Assembly (NCBI GenBank): GCA_902593795.1
Contig: CACJJR010000001.1
Location: forward strand, 196,647 to 260,646
Source: an uncultured Candidatus Actinomarina sp.
Lineage (GTDB): Bacteria; Actinomycetota; Acidimicrobiia; Actinomarinales; Actinomarinaceae
Direction: 5' to 3'
Length of the DNA stretch: 64,000 bases
Shown: in pieces, positions 17,933 to 28,472 of the stretch
Position numbering within the stretch: position 1 is the first letter of the stretch
Layout: each line of letters starts with the position of its first letter
Translations under genes and position numbers: made by a program
The notes under the pieces: model-generated
Told to the model about the DNA's origin: nothing
The model's input: only the letters and a program-made list of their open reading frames with translations
The model's database searches: none

Positions 17933-19486
17933 ATGCAAGAAGCACTTTATAGAAAACACAGGCCAGCCACTCTTGAGGAGTTGGTGGGGCAACCAGATGC
18001 GGTAGCACTCATAAGTGAACAAATTAAAAAAAATAATTTAAGTCATGCTTACTTGTTCTCAGGACCTAGAGGAGTTGGCAAAACTTCTTTAGCCAGAATT
18101 ATTGCAACCACAATCGGCTGTGACCCAGTATTTGATATAACTGAAATAGATGCAGCTTCTCATAATAAGGTTGATGATATTAGAGAATTAAATGACAACA
18201 TTAATTTTATCGCAAGCAGTCCAGGTAAAAAAAGGGTCTTTATACTAGATGAAGCACATATGCTTTCTAATGCTGCATCTAATGCTTTTCTTAAGACTCT
18301 TGAAGAACCTCCTGAACATGTAATCTTTATACTTGCTACAACAGAGCCTGAAAGAGTAATCGAAACTATAAGAAGCAGAACTACACACTTAGCATTTAAA
18401 AGAATAGGCAGTGAGGAAATAATTACTTCTCTGGAAAAAATTAGTAAGAAAGAAAAAATAAAATTATCTAAAGAAATTTTAGAGTATATATCTAATCAAA
18501 GTGATGGATCTTTACGGGATGCTATCAATTTATTTGAACAAACTTTTTCTACATTTGGAAACAAAGCAACAATTGAGGAGCTTTACAGTATTTTAGGCAA
18601 AGTAACCACTGCAGATTTACACCAGATAATTGAAGCAATGGGAACACAAGATACATCAACCGTTCTAAAGATACTTCGGGATAATTATAGAAGTGGATTA
18701 CAGGCTATTGATATTCTGAATTCAATAACAGACTTGTTTAGAAATATATTTTACTTTAAGTATCTTCCTGAGGATGAAAATTTCACTTCATTAAGTGATT
18801 CAGAAAAAGATCTAGTAAATAGCTGTAATGATATTATTTCTGCAAAAGACCTCTCAAAAATTTTAGACATGCTTGATGATATCAATCAAAATATCAAATC
18901 TTCACCCTCTCAGGAACTAAAGCTGGAATTATTTCTAGTTAGGTTAATTAAGCCACAACTAGCTACAGACATTAAATCTGTAAGTAGGAGAGTTGATATT
19001 TTAGAAAGTAGAGAGCAAGAAGATACTAAATATCAGGAAAAAGAAAATTTAAAAGATAAAAAAAAACTAATTAATGAAGCAAAGCCTGACAAAAAAGAGA
19101 CTCCTAAAAAAAAGGCCCCTTCCTCAAAAAATAAAGTAGGAAAGAAAGATATTGAAAACTTCGATGTTTATTGGCCAAAAATATTACAGGAAGCAAAATC
19201 AGTTCTTACACCTAGAAAATATTCGTACCTAACGCTTGTTAAGCCAGAGGTTGTTGATTCTGAAAATTTAGTTTTATATATAGATAGTGAAAACGAGTAT
19301 TTGATAACAGAACTTCGAAAGTCAGAGGATGTTATTGAATTAATTAAATCAAGTGTTGCGAAAAAAATTGGAGTGGATATTTCTATAAGCATACAACCGC
19401 ATGAAAGTCCTCAAAGTGGTGATCAAACAAGTGAAGAAATTCAGAGCAATATTAATGAAATATTTGATGTAGAAAGTATTGATTAA
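17933..19486 (+). CDS. dnaX: DNA polymerase III subunit gamma/tau
   Basis: AAA+ clamp-loader motifs (GPRGVGKTS Walker A, ILDEAHML, SRT sensor); start trimmed to internal ATG. Confidence 0.85.
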   Translation: MQEALYRKHRPATLEELVGQPDAVALISEQIKKNNLSHAYLFSGPRGVGKTSLARIIATTIGCDPVFDITEIDAASHNKVDDIRELNDNINFIASSPGKKRVFILDEAHMLSNAASNAFLKTLEEPPEHVIFILATTEPERVIETIRSRTTHLAFKRIGSEEIITSLEKISKKEKIKLSKEILEYISNQSDGSLRDAINLFEQTFSTFGNKATIEELYSILGKVTTADLHQIIEAMGTQDTSTVLKILRDNYRSGLQAIDILNSITDLFRNIFYFKYLPEDENFTSLSDSEKDLVNSCNDIISAKDLSKILDMLDDINQNIKSSPSQELKLELFLVRLIKPQLATDIKSVSRRVDILESREQEDTKYQEKENLKDKKKLINEAKPDKKETPKKKAPSSKNKVGKKDIENFDVYWPKILQEAKSVLTPRKYSYLTLVKPEVVDSENLVLYIDSENEYLITELRKSEDVIELIKSSVAKKIGVDISISIQPHESPQSGDQTSEEIQSNINEIFDVESID

Positions 19487-19824
19487 TTTTCTTTAAGATT
19501 TAATTCACTCAAAGCAACAGTAATTCTTCTAGATCCTTGATTTTGTGCACTTTTACAAAGTTCAATAAAACTTCTAAGTTCACCAGTACGAAATTTTTTT
19601 AATTCATCTCCTGATTCTACTTTTGTGTTTCTTTCTCTTTCTAATAGCTTAATTTCTATCTCTTTAGCTCTTGCTAGATAAGTGCTGCTTACTTCAAATA
19701 ATGTATCAACACCGTCAGCTATGGGTGGCTTCATATGTCCCATTAAGACATCTATATATTCATTGATTTCATTGTGCAAATCTTGAGCACTAGACAAACC
19801 TTTTTTAAGTGGAAATTTTTGCAT
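19483..19824 (-). CDS. hypothetical protein (translationally coupled to murJ)
   Basis: 113 aa; TAATG overlap with murJ stop. Confidence 0.35.
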   Translation of the reverse strand: MQKFPLKKGLSSAQDLHNEINEYIDVLMGHMKPPIADGVDTLFEVSSTYLARAKEIEIKLLERERNTKVESGDELKKFRTGELRSFIELCKSAQNQGSRRITVALSELNLKEN

Positions 19825-21302
19825 TATCTTCTTTTAGTAATATTAATATACTCAAAGTTTAGCAAACTTAGTGAGACAAAAATTATAACGATAGTTAGCA
19901 CTAAGCTAACAATTAGATTTACTATCCCAGTAAGTGTAATTATGATTTCACACATTAAATATACAAAAGAAATCGTCAATGAAATTTTAATAAACTCAAA
20001 AACAAGTTTTTTATTTAAGACCAATTCAGAATTAAATTTAAGATATGAGAGCAAAGTTGCACAATAAATATATAAGGAAATAATAATAATCCATGCATAA
20101 GCTTCTGCATCTTTAGCAGTGTTAAAAAGCACAAGAGAACTGAGCAACGTTATAAAGCTGCCAATTACAACAGGAAACCAGAATCGTTGTTGAACATAAT
20201 ATGACCTTGTAAGTACTTGATTAATTGACCAAGGTATTATCGCTAAAGAAATAATTGTAAAAACTGAACTTACTCTAACGGTATCTTCATTGGTAAAGGC
20301 ACCACGTTCATAAATTATTCCTATTAAATATTCAGCATTTATAATTGCAAACACCATAAGCGCACCACCAATAAGGAACAAATAAGACATTTGCTTCTTG
20401 ATAAGTTGTACTAATTCTTCAATTTCATTCTTTTGAAAAAGTCTTGAAAGTAATGGATAGCTTGCAACACCAACTGCTTGAGCAACAATTCCAATTGGCA
20501 GGAGAGCTATTCTTCTTGCGTACCTAAACGTTGCTATGCTTCCGGCTGCAAGAAAAGAACCAAAAATCCTAAATAACTGTTCGTCTATTACTGCAATAGA
20601 TTGACCTAAAATCAAGGGAAGTGAAATAGTGATGTAATTTTTTATGTGGATGAACTTTGGCGAAATAAGATAAAAACTTAACCCAGATCTCTTTGCACCA
20701 TATATCTGAATTAAAAAGTGACCTAACACAGAGCCTATTAGAGTTCCGATAGCAAAACCCTTAATTGTCCCTTCAGGCGTTGAAGAGTTTATCCATCCAA
20801 AAAAAATAATTGTTGAATTGTACACTACAGGGGCTATCGCGGCGTATTTAAAATTATCATGAAAATATTGATAAGACATGAGTATTGCACCTACGAAGAA
20901 AAATACTTGGCTAAAAATAATCGGTGTAAATACTTCTACAAAAAAATCTAACGATGTTACACCGAGTAATTCTGCAAATTGAAATCTAAATGAGTATGTT
21001 ATCAGTGAAAATATTACAAAAATTAATGACATACCATAAAGTATTGAAAGAAAATAATTGTTTAATTCACTTTTTTTCTTCTCACTCATAATGGGAATTA
21101 AAGTAATTGCAAGATACCCACCTGCCGAAAGATAAAATAAGAAATCAGGAATTATAAATGCTAAATCTAATGTATCAGTAGCTTCAGAAACACCAGCCCA
21201 ATTAGCAAGTAGTATTTCTCTAAAAAATCCAAGCAATCTACTTGCGGCATATGAAAAAGTAATTATGGTTATTGAGCCAATTAATTTTTTATAATTTTCC
21301 AT
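19824..21302 (-). CDS. murJ: lipid II flippase MurJ/MviN
   Basis: ~14 TM MOP-superfamily protein with MurJ N-terminal pattern (FFREILLANWAG). Confidence 0.8.
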   Translation of the reverse strand: MENYKKLIGSITIITFSYAASRLLGFFREILLANWAGVSEATDTLDLAFIIPDFLFYLSAGGYLAITLIPIMSEKKKSELNNYFLSILYGMSLIFVIFSLITYSFRFQFAELLGVTSLDFFVEVFTPIIFSQVFFFVGAILMSYQYFHDNFKYAAIAPVVYNSTIIFFGWINSSTPEGTIKGFAIGTLIGSVLGHFLIQIYGAKRSGLSFYLISPKFIHIKNYITISLPLILGQSIAVIDEQLFRIFGSFLAAGSIATFRYARRIALLPIGIVAQAVGVASYPLLSRLFQKNEIEELVQLIKKQMSYLFLIGGALMVFAIINAEYLIGIIYERGAFTNEDTVRVSSVFTIISLAIIPWSINQVLTRSYYVQQRFWFPVVIGSFITLLSSLVLFNTAKDAEAYAWIIIISLYIYCATLLSYLKFNSELVLNKKLVFEFIKISLTISFVYLMCEIIITLTGIVNLIVSLVLTIVIIFVSLSLLNFEYINITKRR

Positions 21303-22167
21303 GAAAATCTTTCATTTTAGATAGTAATTCATAAGGAACCTTTATAGGGGAATTTTCATAACCTATGCCTAGTAAGTTGTTTGGTTTTCTGTGTCCATGA
21401 AAATCACTTCCACCTGAAACTAAAAGTTTTTGGTTTTCGCATATACTCAACAATGTATTTATTGTGTTATGGGTATATCCGGGATAATAAACTTCAACTC
21501 CATCTATGCCGATATCTTTTAATGATTGAATATAATCATGAAATTTATTATTTATCCAGTTGTCAGATTTGGAATACTGTTGATTACTCATAAGTGTATG
21601 AGGATGTGCAAGAAAGACTAAAGATTTAGAATTTTTAGCTAGCTTTACTATTTCATCAATACTTAATTGATGATTATCAATATCATCAATTTTTCCATTC
21701 CCTAAATATTTTGCAAAAGCTTCAGAAAGGTTAGTAACGTATTCTTTTTTGACCATAAGTTCTGCAATATGGGGCCTTCCTGGCACTTTGGTTTCTAAGT
21801 CATCAAGGTCTTTTTTTTCTATAGTTATTCCAAATTCTTTTAAATTATCAAGGATTGAATAGTTTCTTTGAATTTTATTTAGCCTTAGTTCATGAAGCTT
21901 ATTATTTAAAGGAGAGTCTTCTTCTAGGAAATAAACAAGTAAATGTGTACCTCCAAATTTGTTATCATTCTCAAGAAGCTTCCAACTAACACTAATTTCC
22001 GCTCCATGAATAATTTCTATATCACTTCGTTTGGGAACTTTTGTTAAGTATTCATGATCAGATATACAGATTGCTTCCAATTGAAGCTCATTAGCAGACT
22101 CCAATATAGCCTCAATTGTTTCCGTTCCGTCAGAATTTATTGAATGAACATGTAAATCTATACTCAT
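21289..22167 (-). CDS. PHP-domain phosphoesterase (TrpH/YciV-like)
   Basis: N-terminal DLHVHS..SDG PHP motif; overlaps murJ start. Confidence 0.7.
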   Translation of the reverse strand: MSIDLHVHSINSDGTETIEAILESANELQLEAICISDHEYLTKVPKRSDIEIIHGAEISVSWKLLENDNKFGGTHLLVYFLEEDSPLNNKLHELRLNKIQRNYSILDNLKEFGITIEKKDLDDLETKVPGRPHIAELMVKKEYVTNLSEAFAKYLGNGKIDDIDNHQLSIDEIVKLAKNSKSLVFLAHPHTLMSNQQYSKSDNWINNKFHDYIQSLKDIGIDGVEVYYPGYTHNTINTLLSICENQKLLVSGGSDFHGHRKPNNLLGIGYENSPIKVPYELLSKMKDFHGKL

Positions 22168-22223
22168 AAAAACTAGAGTACTAGGGTCTTTAATTCTTTA
22201 ATAAATTAATTAGACTGTTTCCT

Positions 22224-23432
22224 ATGGCATTAATAGTACAAAAATTTGGTGGAACAAGTGTTGCAGACACTGATTCTCTCAGAATCGTTGCAGAGAGAAT
22301 TATTGAATGCAAAAAGAACGGATATGATGTAGTGGTTGTTCCGTCTGCAATGGGTTCTAGTACAGATGAGCTAATTCAATTAGCTAATAATCTTTCTGAA
22401 AACCCAACACCAAGAGAAATGGATATGCTTCTATCAGCAGGTGAGAGAATAACTATGTCATTGTTGTCAATGCACTTAAATAGTTTGGGATACACTTCAT
22501 TTTCGCTAACTGGTTCTCAAGCTGGCATTATTACAACTTCGAAACACGGACAAGCAGAAATAGAGGAAATTACTGGCGAAAGAGTTAAAGATGGTCTAGA
22601 TAATGGAGATATTGTCATAGTCGCTGGTTTTCAAGGATTCAATAGAGACACAAAAGAAATAACAACACTTGGCAGAGGCGGTTCTGATGCAACCGCGGTA
22701 GCCCTGGCCGCAGCTTTAGGAGCAGAAAGGTGTGAAATATTTACTGATGTAGAAGGAGTGTACACTGCAGACCCAAGAGTGGTTAAATCAGCAGAATTAA
22801 TTTCGGAAATAACCTATGAAGAAATGTTGGAGATGTCCTCTTCTGGGGCTGGAGTTTTGATGGCTAGGTCTGTAGAATTTGGCAGAAGGTATAATGTACC
22901 AATAATTGTAAAATCTACTTTCAAAAATAATGAAGGTACTGAGGTAAAAGAAAAAGTAATGGAAGAAGCATTAGTAAGTGGAGTGACCCATAATACAAAA
23001 GAAGTTAAGTTCACTCTTTTTGAAGTTCCAGACCAACCCGGCATTGCGGGAACAGTCTTTGGTTCTTTGTCAGAAATTGGAATAAATGTGGATATGATTG
23101 TTCAAAATGTTTCTAAAGAATCAATTACTGATATATCTTTTACTGCACCCACAGAGCAAAAAGATAAAGTTGAAAAAGAATTAATTGATATCTCAAATGA
23201 ACTTAATGCAAAAGGTTATGACATTGATGAAAATGTTGGAAGGGTATCAATAATTGGTGCTGGTATGAAGTCAGAATCTGGAGTAGCTTCAAAAATGTTT
23301 AAAATTTTAGGAGAACATTCTATAAATATATCAATGATTTCAACTTCACCTATTAGAATTTCTTGTGTGATTGATAGTAAAGATATCGAGACTGCTTTGG
23401 AAGTTCTGCATAAGGAATTTATAGAAAAATAA
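22224..23432 (+). CDS. lysC: aspartate kinase
   Basis: KFGGTSV amino-acid-kinase N-terminus, two C-terminal ACT domains. Confidence 0.9.
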   Translation: MALIVQKFGGTSVADTDSLRIVAERIIECKKNGYDVVVVPSAMGSSTDELIQLANNLSENPTPREMDMLLSAGERITMSLLSMHLNSLGYTSFSLTGSQAGIITTSKHGQAEIEEITGERVKDGLDNGDIVIVAGFQGFNRDTKEITTLGRGGSDATAVALAAALGAERCEIFTDVEGVYTADPRVVKSAELISEITYEEMLEMSSSGAGVLMARSVEFGRRYNVPIIVKSTFKNNEGTEVKEKVMEEALVSGVTHNTKEVKFTLFEVPDQPGIAGTVFGSLSEIGINVDMIVQNVSKESITDISFTAPTEQKDKVEKELIDISNELNAKGYDIDENVGRVSIIGAGMKSESGVASKMFKILGEHSINISMISTSPIRISCVIDSKDIETALEVLHKEFIEK

Positions 23433-24418
23433 TGAAGATTGCAATTGTTGGTGCAACAGGCCTTGTTGGTAGCAACATTATTCAACTATGTGAAAAAAAT
23501 TTTAATCCAGAAGTTGAATATACTCTCTTTGCCTCAAAATCTTCTGATGGCAAAAAAGTAACAATTAGCAATAGAGAATATTTCGTTAAGGAACTAAAAA
23601 AAGAAAATATCGAAGCATATGATATTTCGCTTTTCTCAGCTGGCGGAGAAAGATCCAAACATTATGCTAAATATTTTGTTAATAATGGGTCATTTGTAAT
23701 TGACAATTCTTCTGCTTTTAGGATGAATGAGGATGTACCACTTGTTGTACATGGAATAAATGAAAATGAAATTACAACAAGTTCAAAATTAATCTCTAAT
23801 CCAAACTGTACAACTATGGGACTTGTAATGGCATTAAAGCCTCTACATGACGAGTATACTTTAGTATCTATGACTCCAGTTGCATATCAAGCTGTTTCTG
23901 GGTCAGGTTCTGAGGCAGTACAATCTTTAAACAATGAAACTTTATTGGGTGATAAATTAGATTCAAATTATAAAGATACATATTACCCAAAACCAATAGC
24001 CAGAAATGTAATTCCTTTAGCAGGCAACTTAACTGATAATGGATATTCAGATGAAGAAATGAAGTTTGTAAACGAATCAAGAAAGATCCTTGGAATACCA
24101 AATTTGATTGTTGAACCTTCTAATGCAAGAGTTGGGGTTAGAACTGGTCATGGAACTTTTTGCTCTGCAGTGTTTGAAAATGAAATTGATTTGGAAGAAT
24201 GCACTAATTTATTAAACAATTTTGAAGGTGTAGAAGTATGGAATGATTCATTACCAACTCCAATTGACGTTGAAGGAAAAAATGAAGTATTAATATCTCG
24301 GCTTAGACAGGGACTTTCGTCTAAAAATATTTTAAATTTTTGGGTAGTGTCGGATAATTTACTCAAGGGAGCTGCTTTGAACGCAGTACAGATTGCAAAA
24401 TTTGTAGAGAAATTATGA
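23432..24418 (+). CDS. asd: aspartate-semialdehyde dehydrogenase
   Basis: GATGLVG Rossmann start, NCTT active-site Cys region; ATGA overlap with lysC. Confidence 0.85.
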   Translation: MKIAIVGATGLVGSNIIQLCEKNFNPEVEYTLFASKSSDGKKVTISNREYFVKELKKENIEAYDISLFSAGGERSKHYAKYFVNNGSFVIDNSSAFRMNEDVPLVVHGINENEITTSSKLISNPNCTTMGLVMALKPLHDEYTLVSMTPVAYQAVSGSGSEAVQSLNNETLLGDKLDSNYKDTYYPKPIARNVIPLAGNLTDNGYSDEEMKFVNESRKILGIPNLIVEPSNARVGVRTGHGTFCSAVFENEIDLEECTNLLNNFEGVEVWNDSLPTPIDVEGKNEVLISRLRQGLSSKNILNFWVVSDNLLKGAALNAVQIAKFVEKL

Positions 24419-25065
24419 TTTCAACAACAGACAATATAGCCCAAAAAAAAAGAAAAGTTCTTGGACCACTTGGACGGTTTTTGTTAAAGATATTTAGATG
24501 GGAAATTAAAGGAAAGATTCCTAATTTAGAAAAAATGATACTGATTGGGATTCCACACACAGCAATGAGGGATGCATGGTATGGACTTTTAGCAGTTTGG
24601 GCTTTAGATTTAAAAATTAACTTTTTTGGTGCTGCTTGGGTGTTCACTAGGCTTCCAAGCTTGTTTACAGTATCTAAAAATTTAGATAGATTAGGAATTC
24701 CGTGGCCATTCTGGTGGTTACAGAGATATTTGTTGCTGAAACTCGGAGGCATACCTGTTTATCGTGTAAATTCTCGAGGATTAATTAGGGGAGCTGTTGA
24801 GGAATTCAAAGTGATGGATAATTATATTCTTGTTATAGCTCCAGAAGGTGGTGTTGAAGCTGTAGATCAATTTAGAAGTGGTTTTTACTATTTAGCAAAA
24901 GGATTAAACATACCTTATGTGCCGATTGAAATTGATTTCAAAAATAGGTGTTTTGGAATTCAGGAACCAAAATTTATAAACGGTACATTTGAACAAGAGT
25001 CAGAAAGAATAGCTAAATTATTTGATGGAGTTATTGGAGCAACAAGAACTTTTAAAATGTTATAA
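24415..25065 (+). CDS. PlsC-family lysophospholipid acyltransferase-like
   Basis: HxxxxD motif (HTAMRD) and APEGG block. Confidence 0.55.
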   Translation: MISTTDNIAQKKRKVLGPLGRFLLKIFRWEIKGKIPNLEKMILIGIPHTAMRDAWYGLLAVWALDLKINFFGAAWVFTRLPSLFTVSKNLDRLGIPWPFWWLQRYLLLKLGGIPVYRVNSRGLIRGAVEEFKVMDNYILVIAPEGGVEAVDQFRSGFYYLAKGLNIPYVPIEIDFKNRCFGIQEPKFINGTFEQESERIAKLFDGVIGATRTFKML

Positions 25066-25735
25066 ACAATGGAACAAAAAGACTTAAGATATAATTTCCA
25101 ACTGGTATCTGCTTCAAACCTAGCAAATTAATTCCTACTCCCACAAGCAAAACTCCTCCAATTCCAGCAATTGAATCAGCAACAACTTGATCAATTGATC
25201 CACCAAGTCCGAGTGCACACAGTGTAAAAAATCCTTGATAGATAAGAATGGAAACTCCAGAGTACACTGCGCCCTTTCCACCACTTGAAGTTAGGAATAG
25301 AACTAGAAAACAATCAAGTGCAGTTTTGATTAAAAGCAATTCTATATTACCTTCAACAACATCAAGAAAGGGACCAACTATTGCAAGAGGTCCAGTGATT
25401 ACTATTAATGATGCAGTTAAATAACTTTCTATAAACTTATTTTTCTCTGAACTTTCTTTTTCAAATTTATTATGAAGGTACTCTCCAAAATTTTTTATCC
25501 TTTCTTCAATTTTTAAATATGTTCCGATAATTGCACCAATTAACACTGCAATTAATGTAAGTAAAAATTCAGGACTTTTTAAAGACTCTCTTATTCCCAA
25601 TGTCAGAACTAGAAGACCAAGGGGTAGTAAATTATTTTCAAAATTTTTTATTTCTTTTTTAACAAAGATTCTTGTTACGATTCCAACACCAATTACAGCA
25701 AAAGAATTAATTATTGTACCAATTCCTGGAATCAT
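25052..25735 (-). CDS. polytopic membrane protein (DUF554/YqgA-like)
   Basis: ~6 TM, Gly-rich helices; no catalytic motif. Confidence 0.4.
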   Translation of the reverse strand: MIPGIGTIINSFAVIGVGIVTRIFVKKEIKNFENNLLPLGLLVLTLGIRESLKSPEFLLTLIAVLIGAIIGTYLKIEERIKNFGEYLHNKFEKESSEKNKFIESYLTASLIVITGPLAIVGPFLDVVEGNIELLLIKTALDCFLVLFLTSSGGKGAVYSGVSILIYQGFFTLCALGLGGSIDQVVADSIAGIGGVLLVGVGINLLGLKQIPVGNYILSLFVPLFITF

Positions 25736-26298
25736 TAGTTATTAAAGTCGTTGTGACTCCTACTTGGAGTAGGCCCTTCTTGACCCTGGTATTTGCTACC
25801 GTAAATACCAGATCCATATTTAGATTCTGAAGGTGAATTGAGATAATAAAAAGAAATTTGTCCGATTTTCATTTCGGGATAAATTTTTATTGGTAAATTT
25901 GCTACATTTGAAAGTTCTAGTGTCAAGTAACCTGAAAACCCAGGATCTACAAAACCCGCAGTAGAGTGAATCAATAACCCAATCCTGCCAAGAGAACTTT
26001 TACCTTCAAGTCTTGCAACAACTTTATTAGAAAGAGACACTTTTTCAAAAGTAGTTCCAAGAACAAATTCACCGGGATGAAGTACAAAGGGCTCTTCCAT
26101 AGATGAAGTAACAAGAGTTGTAAGGTCATCTTGTTTTGCTTTTGGGTCTATGTGGGAATATTTATGATTTTCAAAAACCCTAAAATCGGCACCTACCCTT
26201 AAATCAACACTTGATGGTTGAATAAATTCTTCAATTAATGGGGAGATTTCAATGTCTTTATTTTTAATTGAACTTTTTATATCAACATCTGATAACAA
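25735..26298 (-). CDS. dcd: dCTP deaminase
   Basis: MLSD start and dUTPase-like fold motifs typical of Dcd (GxFxPG, TLELSN). Confidence 0.85.
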   Translation of the reverse strand: MLSDVDIKSSIKNKDIEISPLIEEFIQPSSVDLRVGADFRVFENHKYSHIDPKAKQDDLTTLVTSSMEEPFVLHPGEFVLGTTFEKVSLSNKVVARLEGKSSLGRIGLLIHSTAGFVDPGFSGYLTLELSNVANLPIKIYPEMKIGQISFYYLNSPSESKYGSGIYGSKYQGQEGPTPSRSHNDFNN

Positions 26299-26344
26299 TT
26301 TATTCCCCTCACTCTTTGAATATGATACTCGATTTTAAAAAATT

Positions 26345-26545
26345 TTATCTGTTTATTAAGGAGGCGATAGACCAGAGAGTTATTATTAGTCCAACAATAG
26401 TTAAAAATACTGACCTCTTGATATAAAGGTTTTCATAATTTTCATTTTTGTTGAAAAAAGCAGCTACATTTCCAGCAACCATTGCTGCTCCAATACCTAG
26501 CAGTAGAAGAATAATTGTTAAATCTAGTGCAAATGGATCATTCAT
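26345..26545 (-). CDS. small two-TM membrane protein
   Basis: 66 aa hydrophobic ORF in otherwise empty gap. Confidence 0.25.
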   Translation of the reverse strand: MNDPFALDLTIILLLLGIGAAMVAGNVAAFFNKNENYENLYIKRSVFLTIVGLIITLWSIASLINR

Positions 26546-26555
26546 AACTTATATT

Positions 26556-27413
26556 ATGATAATGAATATGTTCAAATCTAGTGAAGTGATAGAAATATTT
26601 TTAAATTATGATATTTCAAATACAAAAGATGAAAGTAAATATGAAATATCAGAACTAGATGGCATAACAAATACAAGCTTTGTTGTAGGAGTTGATAACA
26701 AAAAGTTTGTTTTAAGAATCCCCGGAGACAACCCAGATGTAATTAATAGATCATCTGAAAAACAGAATAGTACAAAGGCACAGGAATATGGGTTAACACT
26801 TCCATATTTAATTTTTGATGAAAATACAGGAATTAAAATTTCACAATTTTTTGATATTTATACATACAAACTTTCAGATTTTAAAAATGAAAATATGAGA
26901 AATAATGCGTTTAATGTATTAAACAAATTACATAAATCCGATTTAGTATTTGAAAATAATTTCTCACCTTTAACTGTATTTAAGGATATTGCAGACAGTT
27001 CAAACCCAATAGAAGAAGAAGCAAAAGAAGTAGGGATTAAAATTGTGAAAACACTAAATGATATTGGTATTAATAATAGTCCGTGTCATCAAGACCTTTA
27101 TTCAGGAAACTTTATTTTGCACAAGGATAAAACTTTCTTGATAGATTGGGAGTACTCATCAATGGGGGACAATTATTTTGACTTTGCTGACTTATTTTGG
27201 CAAAATGAATTTGATTTAGATATAAATCTCCGCAATGATGCGCTTAACGAAATTGGAATTTCTAAGAAGGATGAAGTAGAAAAATTTGAAAACTTTGAAA
27301 TTTTATCAATGATTACATGGGGTTTATGGGCTTTAAAAAGATCCCCTAATGACAGCGGTGGTCATATGGCTTTAAACAGGGCAATCAAAATTAGCATTGA
27401 TAAAAAACTTTAA
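26556..27413 (+). CDS. phosphotransferase-family kinase (choline/ethanolamine-kinase-like APH fold)
   Basis: Brenner motif HQDLYSGNFIL and IDWEYSSMGDNYFDFAD; start trimmed to first in-frame ATG clear of opposite ORF. Confidence 0.65.
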   Translation: MIMNMFKSSEVIEIFLNYDISNTKDESKYEISELDGITNTSFVVGVDNKKFVLRIPGDNPDVINRSSEKQNSTKAQEYGLTLPYLIFDENTGIKISQFFDIYTYKLSDFKNENMRNNAFNVLNKLHKSDLVFENNFSPLTVFKDIADSSNPIEEEAKEVGIKIVKTLNDIGINNSPCHQDLYSGNFILHKDKTFLIDWEYSSMGDNYFDFADLFWQNEFDLDINLRNDALNEIGISKKDEVEKFENFEILSMITWGLWALKRSPNDSGGHMALNRAIKISIDKKL

Positions 27414-27484
27414 AAAGATTTTCAATTAATGATGAAAATCCGTTAGACTTTCGCAGTCAGGAAAAAAGGAAAATTGTTTAATTT

Positions 27485-27580
27485 ATGGGATCTTTGATTA
27501 AAAAAAGGCGTAAAAAAATGTCAAAACATAAATATCGTAAACGTCGTAAATCAAATAGACATAAGAAGAAAAGCGTTTAG
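27485..27580 (+). CDS. 31-aa ultra-basic micro-protein resembling actinobacterial ribosomal protein bS22
   Basis: MGSLIKKRRKKMSKHKYRKRRKSNRHKKKSV; matches the MGSVIKKRRKRM-type N-terminus I recall for bS22; absent from the ORF track because of size. Confidence 0.55.
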   Translation: MGSLIKKRRKKMSKHKYRKRRKSNRHKKKSV

Positions 27581-28429
27581 CTAAACATCTCTCTCTTCAT
27601 TTAAGAAATCTTCGATTTGTTGAACAAGATTGTCTTCTGAAAAATTATCTTCAATACTGACGTCTGCTTCTTCCAGCTTAGAAACATACTCAGCTAGATC
27701 TTCTGAATTTTCCATTGCTTTGTTAATCTTTAACTCAAACTGCTGGCCTTCACTTTGGATTCCAGAGTCATCGATTTCGATTTTTAAAATTTCTGATGTT
27801 TTATTAAGAAGTGCACTCATCCCCTTAGGGTATCCGCCACTACTTAAATAATGAGGTACTGCTGCCCACAGCCCAGCAGTCTCAATACCACTATCTCTCA
27901 AATTTTGACCGACAACACTTGTTATGCCTGTAGGTCCAGAATAATTAGGATTAAGCACATTGTGTCTTGAATGGAAAGTTGGATCACCGCTCACACCGAA
28001 TATTGGAACAGGCAATGTATGTGCTACCTGTCCAAAGAAAGCACCTAATGTTACAGCTTTTTTTACTCCAAGCTCGAGGAGAGTATCTGAAATATTTCTT
28101 GAATAATCTTTCCATTTCATGGAAGGTTCCTCACCAAAGACAAGTATTAAGTCACTTTTTAACTTGTAGTCTTCGATTGAGTAAAAGGAAGTTTGAGGCC
28201 AATGAAAGTTTCTTTCTCCAAAGTCTTTAACCTCTACAACGGGCCTTCTCATTTGATAGTTGTAATAAGAATCTGAATCTAGTTCAGCAAATGGTTCTAC
28301 ATCATACGTACTACTCAAATTTTCTACGCATCCTGTTGCAGTGTTTCCAGCATCGCTCCAACCCTCGAATGCAAGAACTGCAACGGGTTCTGATAAAAGT
28401 GGCTTTCTATACCAAACTACATCTTCCAT
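27581..28429 (-). CDS. PAC2-family (proteasome-assembly-chaperone-like) protein
   Basis: 282 aa, N-terminal LAFEGWSDAGN pattern typical of actinobacterial PAC2 proteins. Confidence 0.45.
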   Translation of the reverse strand: MEDVVWYRKPLLSEPVAVLAFEGWSDAGNTATGCVENLSSTYDVEPFAELDSDSYYNYQMRRPVVEVKDFGERNFHWPQTSFYSIEDYKLKSDLILVFGEEPSMKWKDYSRNISDTLLELGVKKAVTLGAFFGQVAHTLPVPIFGVSGDPTFHSRHNVLNPNYSGPTGITSVVGQNLRDSGIETAGLWAAVPHYLSSGGYPKGMSALLNKTSEILKIEIDDSGIQSEGQQFELKINKAMENSEDLAEYVSKLEEADVSIEDNFSEDNLVQQIEDFLNEERDV

Positions 28430-28472
28430 ATTTGAAGGATAATGTTGAAACAGATTTATTTAAGATTTAATT

